From the NCBI GenBank assembly GCA_963803435.1, contig CAWDML010000002.1, positions 96,001 to 160,000 of the forward strand: 64,000 nt of DNA. The letters are read 5' to 3'. The DNA is from an uncultured delta proteobacterium (GTDB taxonomy: Bacteria > Myxococcota > Kuafuiibacteriia > Kuafuiibacteriales > Kuafuiibacteriaceae). Position numbers and translations under genes: made by a program. The stretch's first letter is position 1; each line of letters begins with the position of its first letter. The notes beneath the pieces are model-generated. The model was given only the letters and a program-made list of their open reading frames with translations. It did no database searches and was not told the DNA's origin. Positions 62,435-64,000 of this stretch are shown piece by piece.

Positions 62435-62627
62435 GGTGCACATTAGCACCCGCTGCGGGCCGTCGCGAAACCCGGCACACCAGCGCTCCGGGCGGGTCGG
62501 GCCGCCGGATGGGCTCACGAAAGCCGGGCCTGCAGGCTATCCTGCAGTCGGACGCGCCTTCGTGTGAGCGTCGCCTTGACAGGGACCTGGGTATTCAGAT
62601 CATGAACGACTTCGTGGAGCCCCGATT

Positions 62628-63107
62628 GTGACGAAAACGCCTCTCCGTCGCGCACGCAAATCCACCTCCAAGCCGCGGCCGAAGGCCAAGCCGCGCCAGG
62701 CTGTCCTCTCCGGCGGGAACCCGCGCATCGCGAAGGGAGACGGCGACGCGCCGGTGCAGGCGTACCTGGGCGCGATGCCGGGCTGGAAGCGCGACCTCGG
62801 GAGACGCCTCGATGCGCTCATCGAGCGGACCGTGCCCAACGTGTGCAAGGCCGTGAAGTGGAACTCGCCGTTGTACGGCGTCGAAGGCCAGGGTTGGTTT
62901 CTGGGGGTCCACGTCTTCAAGCGCTACCTCAAGGTGGCCTTCTTCCGAGGCACTTCGCTGCGACCGGTCCCGCCCGGCGCGAGCAAGAGCAAGGACACGC
63001 GCTATCTCGACCTCCACGAAGAGGACGAGCTCGACGAGGCGCAGATGGCGAGTTGGGTGAAGCAAGCGGCCGCGTTACCAGGCTGGTCACCCGGCCGAAC
63101 GTCCTGA
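62628..63107 (+). CDS. DUF1801 family protein
   Basis: LSGGNPRIAKGDGDAPVQAY, KAVKWNSPLYG. Confidence 0.85.
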   Translation: MTKTPLRRARKSTSKPRPKAKPRQAVLSGGNPRIAKGDGDAPVQAYLGAMPGWKRDLGRRLDALIERTVPNVCKAVKWNSPLYGVEGQGWFLGVHVFKRYLKVAFFRGTSLRPVPPGASKSKDTRYLDLHEEDELDEAQMASWVKQAAALPGWSPGRTS

Positions 63108-63160
63108 CGATCGGTCTTCCGGCCCAGCGCACCGCGGTTCAGAGTTCCAGGGGCTGCCCG

Positions 63161-64000
63161 TCACGGCCGAGATCGGACCACGGTGATCTCGGCGGGCTCG
63201 GCGCTGGTGACGACGTCGGGGCGTGCGTCGCCGTCGACGTCGGCGACCGCCCCATCGAGCGACCGACCGCGCAAGTAGAAGGAGTGGGCGCGCACGATTG
63301 ATCGGTCGCGACGCCCGAGGAGCACGGTGGTGAAGTCCTGCCGCTCGAGCGGGGAGACCGGGTGTCCGTTCGGGTCGACCGAGAGACCGCTGAAGACCGC
63401 GAGATTGTCGAGACCGTCGCCGTCGAAGTCGGCGACCGCGAGCTTCCAGGGCGCGAAGGGGACTGCCAGCACCGGACCCTCCGTGAGGGGCCCGCCGCGA
63501 CCGCCGAAGTAGAGGCGCACGTCGTCCGCGGTTCCGATGGCCAGATTGACGGCGCCGTCGCCGTCGAAGTCGCCGGCCGCGGCGCAGGAGGGACGGTGGA
63601 TTGGGAGCTCGCCGCCGGACCAGGCCACCGCTTCTTCGCCGCGAGCCACCACGATCTCGCTCCGACCGTCGCCGTCGAGGTCATCGACCGCGAGCAGCCG
63701 ATCGCCCGGGGTCGAGCGGAGCAGGGCGCCCGCAGGCGAGAAGACGTCGATCCGACCGCCGGCGGCGACGATCAGATCCGCGGCCCCATCGCCCGACACG
63801 TCCCCGGCGCGGAGCGCGGTGATCGCGCCGGTGACGGTGGCCGAGGCGACCGACAGCTCGAACGTGCCATCGCCGCGCCCGCGATGGATCGCGAGCGTCC
63901 CGCCGCCGGCGGTCGCGGCGTCGAGCGAGCCGTCGCCGTCGAGATCGGCGATCGCCAGCGACGAGGCGGCCACGCCCATCGGTTCGGGCGCGCCGAAGCC
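63161..64000 (-). CDS. FG-GAP/VCBS repeat protein (partial, starts beyond window)
   Basis: Repeated ADLDGDGxxD motifs. Confidence 0.82.
   Translation of the reverse strand, partial: GFGAPEPMGVAASSLAIADLDGDGSLDAATAGGGTLAIHRGRGDGTFELSVASATVTGAITALRAGDVSGDGAADLIVAAGGRIDVFSPAGALLRSTPGDRLLAVDDLDGDGRSEIVVARGEEAVAWSGGELPIHRPSCAAAGDFDGDGAVNLAIGTADDVRLYFGGRGGPLTEGPVLAVPFAPWKLAVADFDGDGLDNLAVFSGLSVDPNGHPVSPLERQDFTTVLLGRRDRSIVRAHSFYLRGRSLDGAVADVDGDARPDVVTSAEPAEITVVRSRP

Overview
High-GC window from a Myxococcota-like bacterium, inferred from a MYXO-CTERM-type tail, an FHA-sigma54 activator next to a Ser/Thr kinase and PEGA/TPR protein, and a TonB-fused receptor. It holds about 58 CDS and no rRNA, tRNA or CRISPR array. 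Contents in order: pal/EEP/HIT/phosphotransferase/S9 peptidase/GGDEF run; ECF sigma plus cupin anti-sigma; a two-gene, thioester-less alpha-2-macroglobulin; an SDR-Cys hydrolase-GH3-enolase operon divergent from an orphan flavoprotein; a CheX-CheY-GGDEF/EAL-membrane CheA-like-TBDR-YfiR operon; ahcY; a repeat adhesin; TetR-desaturase-LolA-like genes with a palindromic operator; a TonB uptake operon; and an STPK-PEGA-FHA/sigma54 module. Main observations: (1) an IS1182-derived element with ~67-bp repeat-containing TIRs carries a four-helix-bundle gene, and both copies sit in the TA of an AAGCGC-TAA stop codon, rewriting it to TAG; (2) all seven frameshifts outside that element fall on GATC, suggesting modification-linked sequencing errors; (3) leaderless sigma70 and sigma54 promoters are common. 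All calls come from motif reading, not database searches.
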